The notes below the pieces were generated by a model. The model did no database searches. It saw only the letters and a program-made list of their open reading frames with translations, and was not told the DNA's origin. DNA of 64,000 nucleotides from Blasia pusilla (taxonomy: Eukaryota). Numbering within the stretch: the first letter of the stretch is position 1; each line of letters begins with the position of its first letter. This document shows positions 1 through 11,357 of this stretch, piece after piece. Both the position numbers and the translations under genes were made by a program. The DNA lies in contig CM114271.1 in the NCBI GenBank assembly GCA_050084515.1, forward strand, positions 20,770,001-20,834,000, written 5' to 3'.

Positions 1-1816
1 TCCACACACCCAATATCCCCAAATAAACTACCCAAATCCCAGAATCCCTCACACGTGCAGGGTAAAGGACCAGAATGGGTAACCTGAACACATGTCGATG
101 TCGCTCCTCATAAACTATGAATCTCGACCCCAACTCGTTCGTGGAGACAACTCCTCCAATCAGCAAGTCATACTCCTCCCGTACTGACGTTGCTCAAAAC
201 TCCTCGATAGACGGTGCAGTTCCAGCGGAACGGTGCGCGTTGCAGGCGGCACGGAACGGCATGGCCCTCGATGATGGGATGCGGCACTCGGCGGCATACC
301 CTCCTCAATCAACAATAAACCCACACTCTGCTCCACAATGCCAGAGCGGCTCCGCGATCAAGACGGTGCGGTATGGCCACGAGCGGCACGGCGCGGCAAT
401 CGACGGCGCGTTGCGGCTACGGGCGTCACGGCACGGTACCCAATCTTCGTTGAGCGGCTACCAATCACAACATAGCAGCAGGAAATCAAAACTCAAACAC
501 TATAACATGAGGTCATATGCCATCACAGGTTGATGACGGTGGCGGCCAAAACAAAGTTCGTGATGGCCACGCAAGTCCGAGAATCAACGAACGTTGTGGA
601 AGACCCTCCACTCCGTAACGGTGGCAATAGCAACCAAGGGTGGAAAACGGAAGGTGGACCATTGACGGTGACGGTTGACCGTTGATGGTGACGGACCAAT
701 GGTGACAGTGACGGTTGACCGTCGAAGGTGAAATTTTACCGTTGACGGTTGACAATGACTATGACGGCGACGGACGCCGCCGGTGTGGCGGCTGGTTTAG
801 GGTTTGCACAATTTAACCCTAAAAATTTCCTAGCAATGGCAGTATTGCACAGCGTGCACAGCTTCACGATCTATGCCAGCATTAAAAAATATTTGGAATC
901 GGACATTCCAGTAAAAACTGACAGGGATTGTTGTAAAGCCCAATGTCTCTTTCTTCTACCCAACATTCGGCAGCGCTTCCGCGCTGATTCCTCCCAAAAT
1001 AATTGTAAAACCTATAAAAATGCAAATCAGCAAGCGACATGGTGCTCCCGAAAGCACCGGCATGGGGCAACCCGCCCCCATACTCAATCCCTATCAGAAA
1101 TTGGGCAGCGCTTCCGCGCGCCACTCTTTCACACGAAAAATCGGCAAATGCAACGAAAAATCCAAGCAACCCTTGCTCCGATGAGCACTCCCATGAGCCG
1201 TTGAATGGGGAACACGGTCCCCAACCTACAAAAACAACGAGTGACCAGCGAGCTCCTCCATGAACCTCTCTCACTCTCTCATTCTCGCATTCTCTCTTTA
1301 TAAAGTAAGATTCAATCTCTCTCTACACAATCTCACACCATAGCTCTCAAAGGTGTGCACTCTCTCTCATGTCAAACCAAACCCACTCTCCTAATGAAAG
1401 GCTTGGGTTACACTCACAAGGCAAGGGACCATAGCTCCGCCGCCTCATGCCAAGAGGTTCAACAAAGAGAGAATGAGCTCTCAAGCTCTCTCTCCTTGGG
1501 ATATATACTCCTCCCCTCTCCCAAGCTCTCTCCATGGTAACCTATTCTTCCAAGTCACCTCTTTGGCTCTTGACCTGATGTAGGAGGTCAAGGGCCACTT
1601 ACCAAAAATAGAAAGTCGATCATATACTCAAAATGGTACTTACCTAAAATGGTAAGTTCCTCAATATGGTTCCAAATGAGCCAAAACGAAAGGGAAACCT
1701 ACTCTCTCAGGTTTCCCGGGGCCTCAGCAAGTCATCCTCGACCTCCTAGGCCTGTCCTCCACTACTCTTGAAGAGGCTCTACTAGATCTCATCGATCTAT
1801 CCTAAAGGACGTGATA
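1..1816 (-). mobile_element. 5' end of a second copy of the split-repeat Gypsy family: repeat A (1816-1301) plus leader region running off the window start
   Basis: Reverse complement of 1301-1816 aligns by eye with 19662-20176, 27227-27744 and 30125-30637. About 760-1300 aligns with the leader at 20177-20755. It starts TATCAC (consensus TGTCAC). Confidence 0.85.
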
Positions 1817-1835
1817 GGGTCTTTTCAGTTTACAT

Positions 1836-2180
1836 CTTGTTCAAAGACCTCATCTTGATCTTAAATTAAGGAAACTTGCTCCTCAAGCTGTATCTAGAGT
1901 TATAAGAAATTTTTAAGAAAAAATGGAGTTGTGATCAAAAGCCCAAAAATATTTAAATGATTTTGCAAACCTACGCAATCAAACCTTGTAGAAAAAGAGA
2001 GTCTTTCTACTTTCCATCTTCTTCAAGGACCTCATCTTGACCTGAAATTTTGGAGCCTTGATCCGCAAGATATATTGAGAATTCTTGAAAATTTTCAAGA
2101 AAAATGAAGTTGTCACCAAAAGAGTAAAAATATTTGAATGGTTTTAAGTACCTCGCATGGAAACCTTCTAGCAAATAAGA
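1836..2180. repeat. Two diverged tandem copies of a ~182-bp unit
   Basis: cttgttcaaagacctcatcttga... at ~1836 and cttcttcaaggacctcatcttga... at ~2018, colinear through aaaatattt..atg and aaacctt.tag. Confidence 0.7.
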
Positions 2181-3350
2181 ATTCGGCCCTTGGTAGAGTC
2201 CACGTAGGAGTTAGACGTGCAACAACATTGAAAACAAAGAAAAAATGCGTGCAGTCATAAATGTGTGGGGCTAAAAAACTGGAAACATGTAGGTAAAAAT
2301 TGTAAGTGCAGTAAAGAGGAAAATGCGTGCAACGTGAAAAAGTGGAAGTCGATAGGTAAAAATTGCAAGTGTAGCAAAAATATGGAAGGAATAAGTTGAA
2401 ACGGATGCACGCGATAATGAAGTTTGTGGGCAACGAGGTTGTGTTGGCATGAACTGAGAGTATGGATGTGGTAAAATAGGTAGGCTTTGTAAAGGGCCTT
2501 GCTTCATCACTTGTATGAGCAGGAGAGTATATTCAAAATAGCTAAGCCGTGGAACTCGAGTCTATATAGGTATGATCACTACTGTATATTAGCTCAATGT
2601 ATCCATGGTCATGAGATGGCAAACTATTATGCTCATTGTTGTACAGTATTTCAATGCATCTGTAGCCATGAGTTGGTTAACGTAAACCAAGGTAGTTCAG
2701 AGCGAGAGGTGATTTTAAAGAAGCAAGTATAGAAATTGTGAGCTGCAATATAAAATGGAAAAACTACAAGAAATTAGGTAGTTGAATGTCCTTTAGTAGA
2801 ATATATGAAATAAGTCTTTCTACATGATAGGTGAGGACTGAAACGTGAAAGTAGTTGCGGAATGCAAGGGCGTTGTATCGACAATAAGTTAAATTTGTAT
2901 GATTACCACGTTATGAGATGATTTAGAGAATATCAAAAAGCATCTACATCACATAATTAAATGCATCAACACACTGCAATAAAGTTCATGGGACAGCAAG
3001 CAGTAAACTTGTGGATAAGAAGCATAAAAATCGGAGTAGTTATAATGAGAATAAGGCATCTCGCATGCTTTACCTTGGCTTAAATGTAAGAGGAACCAAT
3101 AAAATTGCTAGTATGCTACAGTAAAGTTGTCATCGTTGCTTGTAGTAAAACTACAAGCAACGACGACAACTTTACTGTAGACAGAAAATGCAACAACAAT
3201 TGGGGGCATGGGAAGAGCAAAAACCAGAGTTGAGATTGGGGAAGTAATTTATAGGCACAGAAAATTGAGTTGGACATGGTAAGCCAATTAAATGTACTGC
3301 CCATAGCTATGTTTGGTGGTAGCAGTACGATACTGCTTGATGGTGCACAA

Positions 3351-4945
3351 CTATTGGAGGGCGACAATCAGATTATGTAAGTCGAGATTAGCTGGACATT
3401 GGTGTAGACAATGTTTCTCAAGGATAGCGTTGATTTGTTGGCGGAGAATGGCAATCTTGTCGACATTGTAGTCATGCTCCTTAGTAACTGATTGCATTAC
3501 TGTACATAAAATATCATTGTGACGCACACTATCATCGAGACGGTCTTGCACTATTCCAATATTATTGAGAGCTTCATCAAACAGTGTGATCGGAACGATG
3601 TCATTGTTGTAGATCAAGTCTCCCATGGGTGGTAGCTCAATCTTTGTGCTACGTGAACGTTTTTTTCTTTTTTGTCTTGCATAAATGCTTACTCTGCGTG
3701 AAGAAGGAGTATGGTAGCTAGATATCTTGGAGCAAGAACCAACACAACTATTAACAATGCTCAATTGTGTATTGTTGCAAACTTAGAATTGTGGACAAAT
3801 TGAAACACGTTGTAAGTGATACGAAGCATATAGTAGCAACTTGAAGTAAATATTGAGATATTTTAACGACTGTCAAATCTATCAACACTTAAACATGTGA
3901 TCACATGGTTGTGTGTGTCCAAGAGTAGGGGAAATGAAAATGAGGAAACTCACATGAAATGCAGTAGCTCCAAAACAAAAGAAGGAAATCGTAAAGAAAT
4001 CAATGTGGAATAAATGTGCTAGCAAAGCCAGAAGTTATCTTGAAAATTTTGATAAAAACTTTTTCTCTATAGCTGATTGAAACGTGCTGCCACATGAATG
4101 AAGTTGGTTAACAAAATTCTATGGGCCGATACAACCGGTAGTGAAGTAGGTTTAGCCTTGTGTCAAGTATGTCTAAGAAGAATTGAACAATCTGACAAGA
4201 AAAAAATTTTGAATTCAGCATCACTTTGCTCAATACCGGAATAATGTAGGTAGGCCAAATGTGGAAGCAAATGTGCGGGTACACGTTCAACAATGATCTT
4301 GCAAGCGTTGCCATTTAAAGATATGTTAGAGGCAATATAAGGTTTTAGTAAAACAGAATGTGAAACAATTAAGGATGTGAAAATCAGTGGGCAGTAAGCA
4401 TCAGGCTTACAAAGCACATATCTGGCGTCATATACACTTCCTCTTGTTTGGTGACTCTGATTATACAACTTGGGTCCCTGGTAGCTAGTTCCCTAATCGT
4501 ATAAGTGGGAAGCCTGAAAGTGTTCCGACTGTGTAGCACCCAAGGTGAAACTTGGTGAGCCTAAGTGGCCACTAGGAAGAGGAGTGAGGTTTGCAATCGC
4601 ATTAACAATTGTACCAACTTCTTTGGCAACTTTAATCCATTCAAGTAACTGAGCAGCTTTTGGAGACAAAAAAATTATCATCCTGTTAATAGGTAGCTTC
4701 ATGAGTACGCGCAACTCCTGAAATTGATCAGGCGTAATGCCCCCACTTAACCTTGAGTAGTGAACGGAAGCCTCTTGACGTGTTAGTTCGGCTTCATTAT
4801 ACTCAATATTTTTGTAGCTCACAATCTCCTTTTGAATCCCTATAGCAAATACATAACAATTACTGATGTCAATGAGTGGCAAAAGAACCCATTGAAAATT
4901 GCACCTATGATTTTTTACTTGTAAAAAAAAGGTGCAAGAGAACAC
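3351..4945 (-). pseudogene. Disrupted coding-like region of unknown function (probably TE or virus cargo)
   Basis: ORFs 4493-4945 and 4163-4468 are in the same frame, separated by one TAG. A probable frameshift at an A/T run near 4200 leads into 4108-4314. A further 137-aa ORF lies at 3351-3764, and TATAAAA is on the minus strand near 5025. No recognisable motif. Confidence 0.35.
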
Positions 4946-5869
4946 GTATTTACTTAGCTCATCTTGTGTGTAGTGTTTTTGGGGACATCTGAGTTAAGCA
5001 TGGGACAGCCCTCCTGCTTTTTTATAAACGTATGTTTTTGGAGGATGTCTATATTCTGCATGGGATAGACTAGCTACTCTTTCATGCACTATTCAAAGTT
5101 GAGTATTGTCTTTGCACCTGTAGCATGTCTACCTCTACATCGTCAACTTATTTTCGTTAACATATGCACAAAAGTTTGTGGCTTGATACTTAAGAAATTC
5201 ACCTTGCACTACTTTGTGTTTTTTGTTTCAATACCATAGAATGTATGCCTCATACTCACAACACAACCTAGAGAACAACATAATGGATGGACTATATAAA
5301 TTAAACATAAATATGCATTTGTGTCATTCAAATCCTTCACACAGTCTCGACCACTTCTTAAAATTTAACTATAGTATGTTTCCCACCATAAATTTAAATA
5401 TAATGTTGTTGATCAACCGTAAATGTAGACAACAATAAAGCTACACCACGTGTATCCCCGACAACATGCAGAGTCACCGCATGACTACTTGCACTGAAAC
5501 CCGCACTATACCACTTGTATTCGACATATTACTCACTAGGAAACAATGCTTTTCAAATGGACCATTCTTTCACAACATACTTAAAGTAAGGATTTAGATT
5601 ATTTACTTTAACTTAACAGTAAATGTTTACCTTATCTATTTTAGTTTTGAAAATGCCACACCCATTTTTAGGTATTTTAATGAAGTAGTTTAATTGGTCA
5701 TATTCCACTACGTTTACTACTTTTTTTTACTTAACTATAATTTCAAGTAATTTTTCAATATCTACCTCCACCTAACTTAGCTCCCTTATATTGGTTGATT
5801 GCGTGGGGCCGCGCTCTTGTTTCAAGAGTGGAGAATTTCGAATATGAGAGGTAGCTTATTTAGGGCGGA

Positions 5870-6270
5870 ACATGTGACTCGTTATATAAAGAGACATGCG
5901 GGACGGCTGAAACCCGCCTCAAAACCGAAGTAAGTAAGAAAGATCTCATGCGGCAGGTTGCGAAGATTAATGGGCTGCCCGGGGCTGCGAATCGACGGAT
6001 GTCGATTCGCAGTTGTCGCAATAGACAGAACCTGAGGGGCAGGCAGGAATGCCCGGATCGTGAGACACGTCGAGCGAGGCACCGAGGTGTCGAGCGGTGG
6101 CAGCATGCACAACATAGTATCGGCTCAGCCGACCACGTTATGGCGGCCCAGCCTCGATTACTCCACCGCGAAATTCGTGCCTCCATGTTGAATCAACGCT
6201 CCGATGAATACCATCCGCGAGAGGATGAATACAGCGGGCGTCAGCTCTTTCCGTAGTACGTCAAATTATT
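5870..6270 (+). promoter_or_regulatory. Putative oleosin promoter with ACGT-core (ABRE-like) and RY (CATGCA) motifs
   Basis: ACACGT 6065-6070, CATGCA 6104-6109, further ACGT cores near 6135 and 6258, TATATAAA near 5883. These motif types are typical of oleosin promoters, but short motifs also occur by chance. Confidence 0.35.
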
Positions 6271-6447
6271 ATGCAGTAGTATCTGCGGTGAAGTTGGAAC
6301 TTGAAGCTGCTGAGTCCGCGGCGGAGGGATAGCGATCGGGCTGCGAGAGGAGCTCCACTGCGCAGATATCGCGGGATCTATTGCAGTTCGTAAGAAGTTC
6401 AGAACGAGGAGGAGGAGTATTCGGTCCGTTTGAGTCGGAGAGCAGAG

Positions 6448-6936
6448 ATGTCGACGACCGAGCAGGTTCAGAATCGAGCTCAAGCGGTGGTGCAGAGAGT
6501 GCGCGAGCGAGGGCCAAACTCGCGGCAGGTGCTGGGGCTGGTGACGTTGCTTACAGCGGGAGTGGTGCTGTTGGTTCTCGGGGGTCTCACTCTCTCGGGA
6601 ACGGCGATTGCCTTGGCGTTGTTGACTCCAGTGCTAATCTTCTTCAGCCCGATCTTGATTCCGCTGGGAACGGTGTTGTTTCTGGCGACTGCGGCCCTGT
6701 TGACTGCGGGAGCTTTTGGACTCGCGGTGTTTTCGGGGATGTCATGGTTGTACAATTACGTCAAAGGGCGCCATCCACCAGGTGCGGATCAACTCGACGC
6801 TGCGAGGAGCCGCATTGCTCACACAGCCAGTTCTTTGAAGGATCGCGCGCTTGATTACACTCACAGCGTACAGGATTACATGCAGCATACAAAGGACCAG
6901 GCTGTCAACAGCGTTGACGCTGCTCCTGGGGCTTAA
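6448..6936 (+). CDS. OLE: Oleosin (lipid-droplet structural protein), 162 aa, intronless
   Basis: ATG at 6448 (MSTTEQ...). Long uninterrupted hydrophobic segment with the proline knot PVLIFFSPILIP (PX5SPX3P), preceded by GPNSRQVL and followed by SWLYNYVKGRHPPGADQLDAARSRI, typical of oleosins. Confidence 0.97.
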   Translation: MSTTEQVQNRAQAVVQRVRERGPNSRQVLGLVTLLTAGVVLLVLGGLTLSGTAIALALLTPVLIFFSPILIPLGTVLFLATAALLTAGAFGLAVFSGMSWLYNYVKGRHPPGADQLDAARSRIAHTASSLKDRALDYTHSVQDYMQHTKDQAVNSVDAAPGA

Positions 6937-9450
6937 ATCTTCAATGACGCTGATGGTACGAGACCTCCAGGCTCATGTACTCTTCTATCGTTCAAGGGGC
7001 ACACATTCGAGCGCTTTCATCAGAAGCGAGCGAGACAATACTCGATGTGCAAGATGCGTGCCAATTTGTGGGATATTAGGAAAGTTCATGAGGCAGCAAG
7101 TAAATATCTATTTCTTGGTTGTGTACTTTTAATGGTGACTATAACTAGCCGCAAACTTTTGAATCAGGTTTTCGCTACGCTGTAGGGTTTGAGATAAATA
7201 AAGATCCTGTTTCAACGAAAGACGTGTCTAATGTTCAAACTAAGATTTTTTTCGTTTTTCTTAATATTCTAGTGTTTTCCTGCCTTCGATCCACATAATC
7301 TACTTCAAATTATTCTCCAACCGTCAGAGAAAATAGTTCTTGCGAATGTTGGAAGTCAGATCGAGAAATCATCATTTTTGAATATTGTTTGACGTGCAGA
7401 GTCTTCATTCAAATCCAGTGAAATTACTTTTAAAACATCGAAAAAAATTAACTTGAAATAAACTTAACACCTGAAAGAAAATTCGAAGGAACGAACTAGG
7501 CTTCCAGAAAAACTTTGGAAGATTCGACATTTCGTTCAATTCAATTCGATGTATGTGAAAACTGCGCAGAGGGATAGCTAAAGAATGAAGAACTCTCCAA
7601 TCGTAATCATCCTAGAAGGATGGCAGTTGTAACATAATGAAAAAGATTTCCTTCCGGGAAATGATCTGACGTATTCTCAAGCCAAGCAAGTGAACTGGAA
7701 AATTCGAAGGAACAAGCCCTCTAAAATAAGTAGAGAGCGTAGCAATATGAAAAACACTTTTCATTTCATTCCCATAGATCAGAGAAAGAGCCATTGTAAT
7801 CTTCAGGGCGCCAAGCCCCCGTGAGACGCGCGAAAACCGAGAGACTTCAAATTGTAGGAAGCCTCAGCAAGCTTGTTTCTGGCATCGCTGATTCAACAAT
7901 ATCATGAGTCACCCTAACGTTTTGGTGATTGAAAATACTTGTCTGCGCGAACAACCACGTTCAAAACGGAAGGTTCTTCTACTCGGTCCAGCTTGTCAGC
8001 GGGTGTTACAGAGTCGCTTCAATATGAATTAAGGAACTTCCTGCATTTAAAGTATTCATGATCTCAAAAAAGCTGAGCATTACAGCATCAAGTTGAGATG
8101 ACGTACGTGAAGGTGGCGATTTGGTCTCTTCACATGTACAAGCAGCACATGGAGACGAGATCGTGCCGTTGTAGATCTAAGATACCCATGACAGTTAGCA
8201 AAATGAGTGGTTTCTCTCAAATGGTTTGCATGAGACGGGAGCGATGCGGCCTTTGCGCCAAACAGAACTGAGTTTTGCGTAAAGGTCATAAATGCTGGAA
8301 TGAGGTAGCAGCATTGACACCCAAATGATCTCTCCCATTTGAAAGCTGACAGCGAGACTGAAACGAGGAATCGAGCCGAAGATGACTGAGCTGACTTGAT
8401 CTTGGGGTTGTAGCATTCGGTCCTGTACAGCTTTGATTTCTAGCAATCACTGGTGCTCTGATCTTGTGGCATATGCGGAATTATAGCAGTCGAGGCCATG
8501 AGCCAACCCAGTCAACCCGAGGCCACCACATCCAGTGACTCAAAAATCAGAATCGATCCACAGAAACCTAGAAAGGTAACGGGACCTCACGATATGAGTC
8601 CATTTCCAAAAGGACTTTGCAAGAAGTAGTCCACGAGATGTAGTCCCGGGCTTATGGAAGTCGACGGATGCGAGAACTACGATTTCGGATGGACACAGTC
8701 GAGCTTTGTCTGCTCTGCTTGTAAAATTATGCCTCGTGTTTTCGTTTCGCGTCTTTGTTGGGATTTTTGTAGAATTTTGATGATGGCCGTTTGAATTTCA
8801 CTCGCACGAGGTCAGGGGCACCATTAGCAGGATGAGACTTCGGGTTGGAATTATAGCCGCAGGGACGCAGAGAGAGCTCGACAAAGAAGGCGAATCGAAT
8901 CTCACCATCACCGCATGCTTTCGGATAGAGTCCAGAAGGAGCTGCAGTAGACGACTCGGTTCCAAACTGAGCACACCTGATAAATTCAAACGTCTTCGGG
9001 AGCAAGTTCCCGGCAAGCATCATTCTCATTTTCACCTTCAGCACGGCCTCAGAAACTCGTTTGATTCTCAGAAAATCTCGTTCGTTGATGAGTACCGCCC
9101 CTTTCTCTACGGTTGCTCGTGTGCCAGCGCGTTCAGAAAACGATAAAACGCACTAGAAAATCTTGAGGATCGATTCGTAAGGCGAGACGGAGGAAACCAT
9201 ATGAGATCCTTATGAAGAGGGAGAATATCACTTTCTTCTGGAAGATACACGTACTTTTAATAGGTTTTTTCAAAGTTCGCATCCACAAATGGGTTATGGA
9301 GAAGATGCTTTGTTAGGCATCTTCACGAATTTTTTAAATCCCGATGAATTTTGCAGTGAGTGCGTAGATTTATGCTATGGAGTCCTTCCCATTGATTGGC
9401 TATGGATACGGGCCCCGTTGGAAGCTATTACGTAGCTAGCTCCTTTTGTC

Positions 9451-9480
9451 AATGTAAGATAGTAGTAACTATCTTACATT
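9451..9480. repeat. Perfect 13-bp hairpin near the 3' boundary of the CRE-like element
   Basis: AATGTAAGATAGT-agta-ACTATCTTACATT. Confidence 0.9.
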
Positions 9481-11321
9481 TAATTTCCTTTTCATTGTAA
9501 AATCTGAAACAAATTTAACAATAACACTAGTGGTTGGTCAATGAGGCGAGCCACCCCCACGACGTATCAGCGGCAAGGCTTGTGCACCTTGTAAGGCCAT
9601 TGAGATGCATTGTTGAAAATAAGTAGTAGCTAGAGAGAGAGAAGGATTACGGGAAGGGGCAAGGTGATGATTCTCGAGGGAGTGGTGAGTATATGTTTTC
9701 AGGAAAGTATTAAAAGACACTTGTAAATGACCAAAAACTTCAATTGCAAAAGGAATAAATCCATCAATCGCATGACTCACAGCATAACTTAACTCCTTGA
9801 TTCTTGCTGGTGCTTTGGCTGCCGAACCTTTGGTGTGTATGGCTCGATCGATACACCAAATCAGAACGTGTTGGATCAGCAACCACCACATCACTTAGTG
9901 TATGGAATCCCCCTCGAGACATAATGAGATTACTTCTTCGACAAGAGGTTGTTTGTGTGGTTGAAGGAGGACATGGATTTGCTCTTGCTCAACGGTGTAT
10001 CCTGCTGTACGAGTCACCAATGCTATTGCCTCTCTAATGGCATCATATGTGGTCATTTTTTCTCCACCATAAGCACATCGAAGAATATGGATACCCTTTG
10101 CATCAATAGGATCCCCGCATACACAATTCAACACACCTAACAAAGAAGGATGAGGAAATCCAAGGCGTGACCGCAAAGCTATCGAGAATATACTTCGAGG
10201 AAGACAAAATGGAAGAATACGAGGATTTCCAATTATCCACGCCTCCGCTCATGTACCTAATCATGAACACAAAAGAGCTCGATTAGCGTAAGAGGATGCC
10301 TTTGAGAAAATCCTAGAAAGGTGAATTTGGTGCAAATTCTTAGAGATATGCTCTTGAAGTCAATCAAGCCCTTCCGTCATCAATTGACATAAGGTGGTAG
10401 AATTTTTGTGTAGCAAGAGGAGGAAGAGCTCGGGCATATCTCAATTGTTGTTGAAATAAGAAGTCCCCCTCCTCTACATGGGCGACATGATCCATCGAGA
10501 TAGGTGTATCTCCTTGGAGAAACCTTGAAGCCATAATCGGTGCTATCAATGCCCAATTCTCCAAAAAAGTTGTTGGAGCAGATGTGACTATGGAGGAAAG
10601 CCCCACGCCTCCAAAAGAAATGGGCAACATCGATTGTCATGAATCCAAGACACCATCCTCTTTCTCAAATGTATTTGGGCCAAGAAATTGACCAAAAGTT
10701 ACCACGATAGAAGCGTAAAAAGAGACCAACCGATATAAAAACCTTCAAGTGGGAGGACAAGTGCGACGAAGGTAGGAAGGACGTCGTAGAAAATACTGGG
10801 AAAGAATCCTATAAGCCACTTGGGAATCCACTAGATGAGGTAATAAATGAAGTCATCCCACGTCTTTTAAAAGGGCCTTATCCAAGAACTTTGAGACATA
10901 GTCGATGAAGCCAATTGGGACCCCAAGAACCCTAAAACCTTCAATGGAAATGGGAAAATCAAGAGTAGGTGGGGGTGAATGTTTAGGGAAGGCATGAAGG
11001 AGATTACACTTGATATTTACTAAGTTGGACTTTAAGGGTTAAGAAAGAGAGTTGCTCCAAAATATGGGTGTAAGCTAGGAGGGACCACTTCAAAAAGGAG
11101 GACCTATAATGTGAGTGTCATCAATAATAAAAGGGAAAAGACAAGATGGAAATGCTTGGGTTGGTGCTCGAAGGGCACAAAAATGGGGAGTGGCAAAGAG
11201 TTGGTCACCCATGGGATCACCTTGACACGCGCCACAAGCTGATTGGAGAATACTATATTCCCCGAAATTAGTAGGATGAGAATAGATAATGGGCGCATCA
11301 TAGGCATAGAAGTGCACCGAT
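9481..11321 (-). mobile_element. 5'-truncated, decayed non-LTR retrotransposon with RT and restriction-like endonuclease (CRE-like)
   Basis: Minus-strand fragments in order: GACQGDPMG..LF and FIIDDTHIIG (RT), LPISFGGVGL, RLGFPHP..CVCG...GIHILRC (CCHC zinc knuckle), FIPFAIEVFG (RLE C-terminal motif). Many stops and frameshifts. Confidence 0.8.
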
Positions 11322-11357
11322 GTGCCATCTATCCATTCAAGTATGGATAGATGGCAC
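11322..11357. repeat. Perfect 15-bp hairpin at the 5' truncation point of the CRE-like element
   Basis: GTGCCATCTATCCAT-tcaagt-ATGGATAGATGGCAC. Confidence 0.9.

Noticed and set aside
1-30. Minus-strand TTGGGGATATTGGGTG resembling the start of repeat B (would imply a long A+leader+B LTR)
   Set aside because: The match is short and diverges immediately, and it cannot be extended at the window edge. It remains the main alternative to test with upstream sequence.
117-1274. ORFs of 74-151 aa
   Set aside because: They lie in the retroelement leader, are not preserved in the sister copy at 20177-20755, and have no recognisable domains.
6430-6447. ORF-track start of oleosin at TTG 6430
   Set aside because: Eukaryotic gene; the first in-frame ATG is 6448.
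5860-6854. Several overlapping 77-157 aa ORFs around the oleosin
   Set aside because: Alternative or antisense frames of GC-rich promoter and CDS sequence; no motifs.
7300-9250. Unique-looking block with short ORFs and an E2F-like TTTTCGCGCG (minus strand) near 7830
   Set aside because: Could not assemble a credible gene model or recognise a product.
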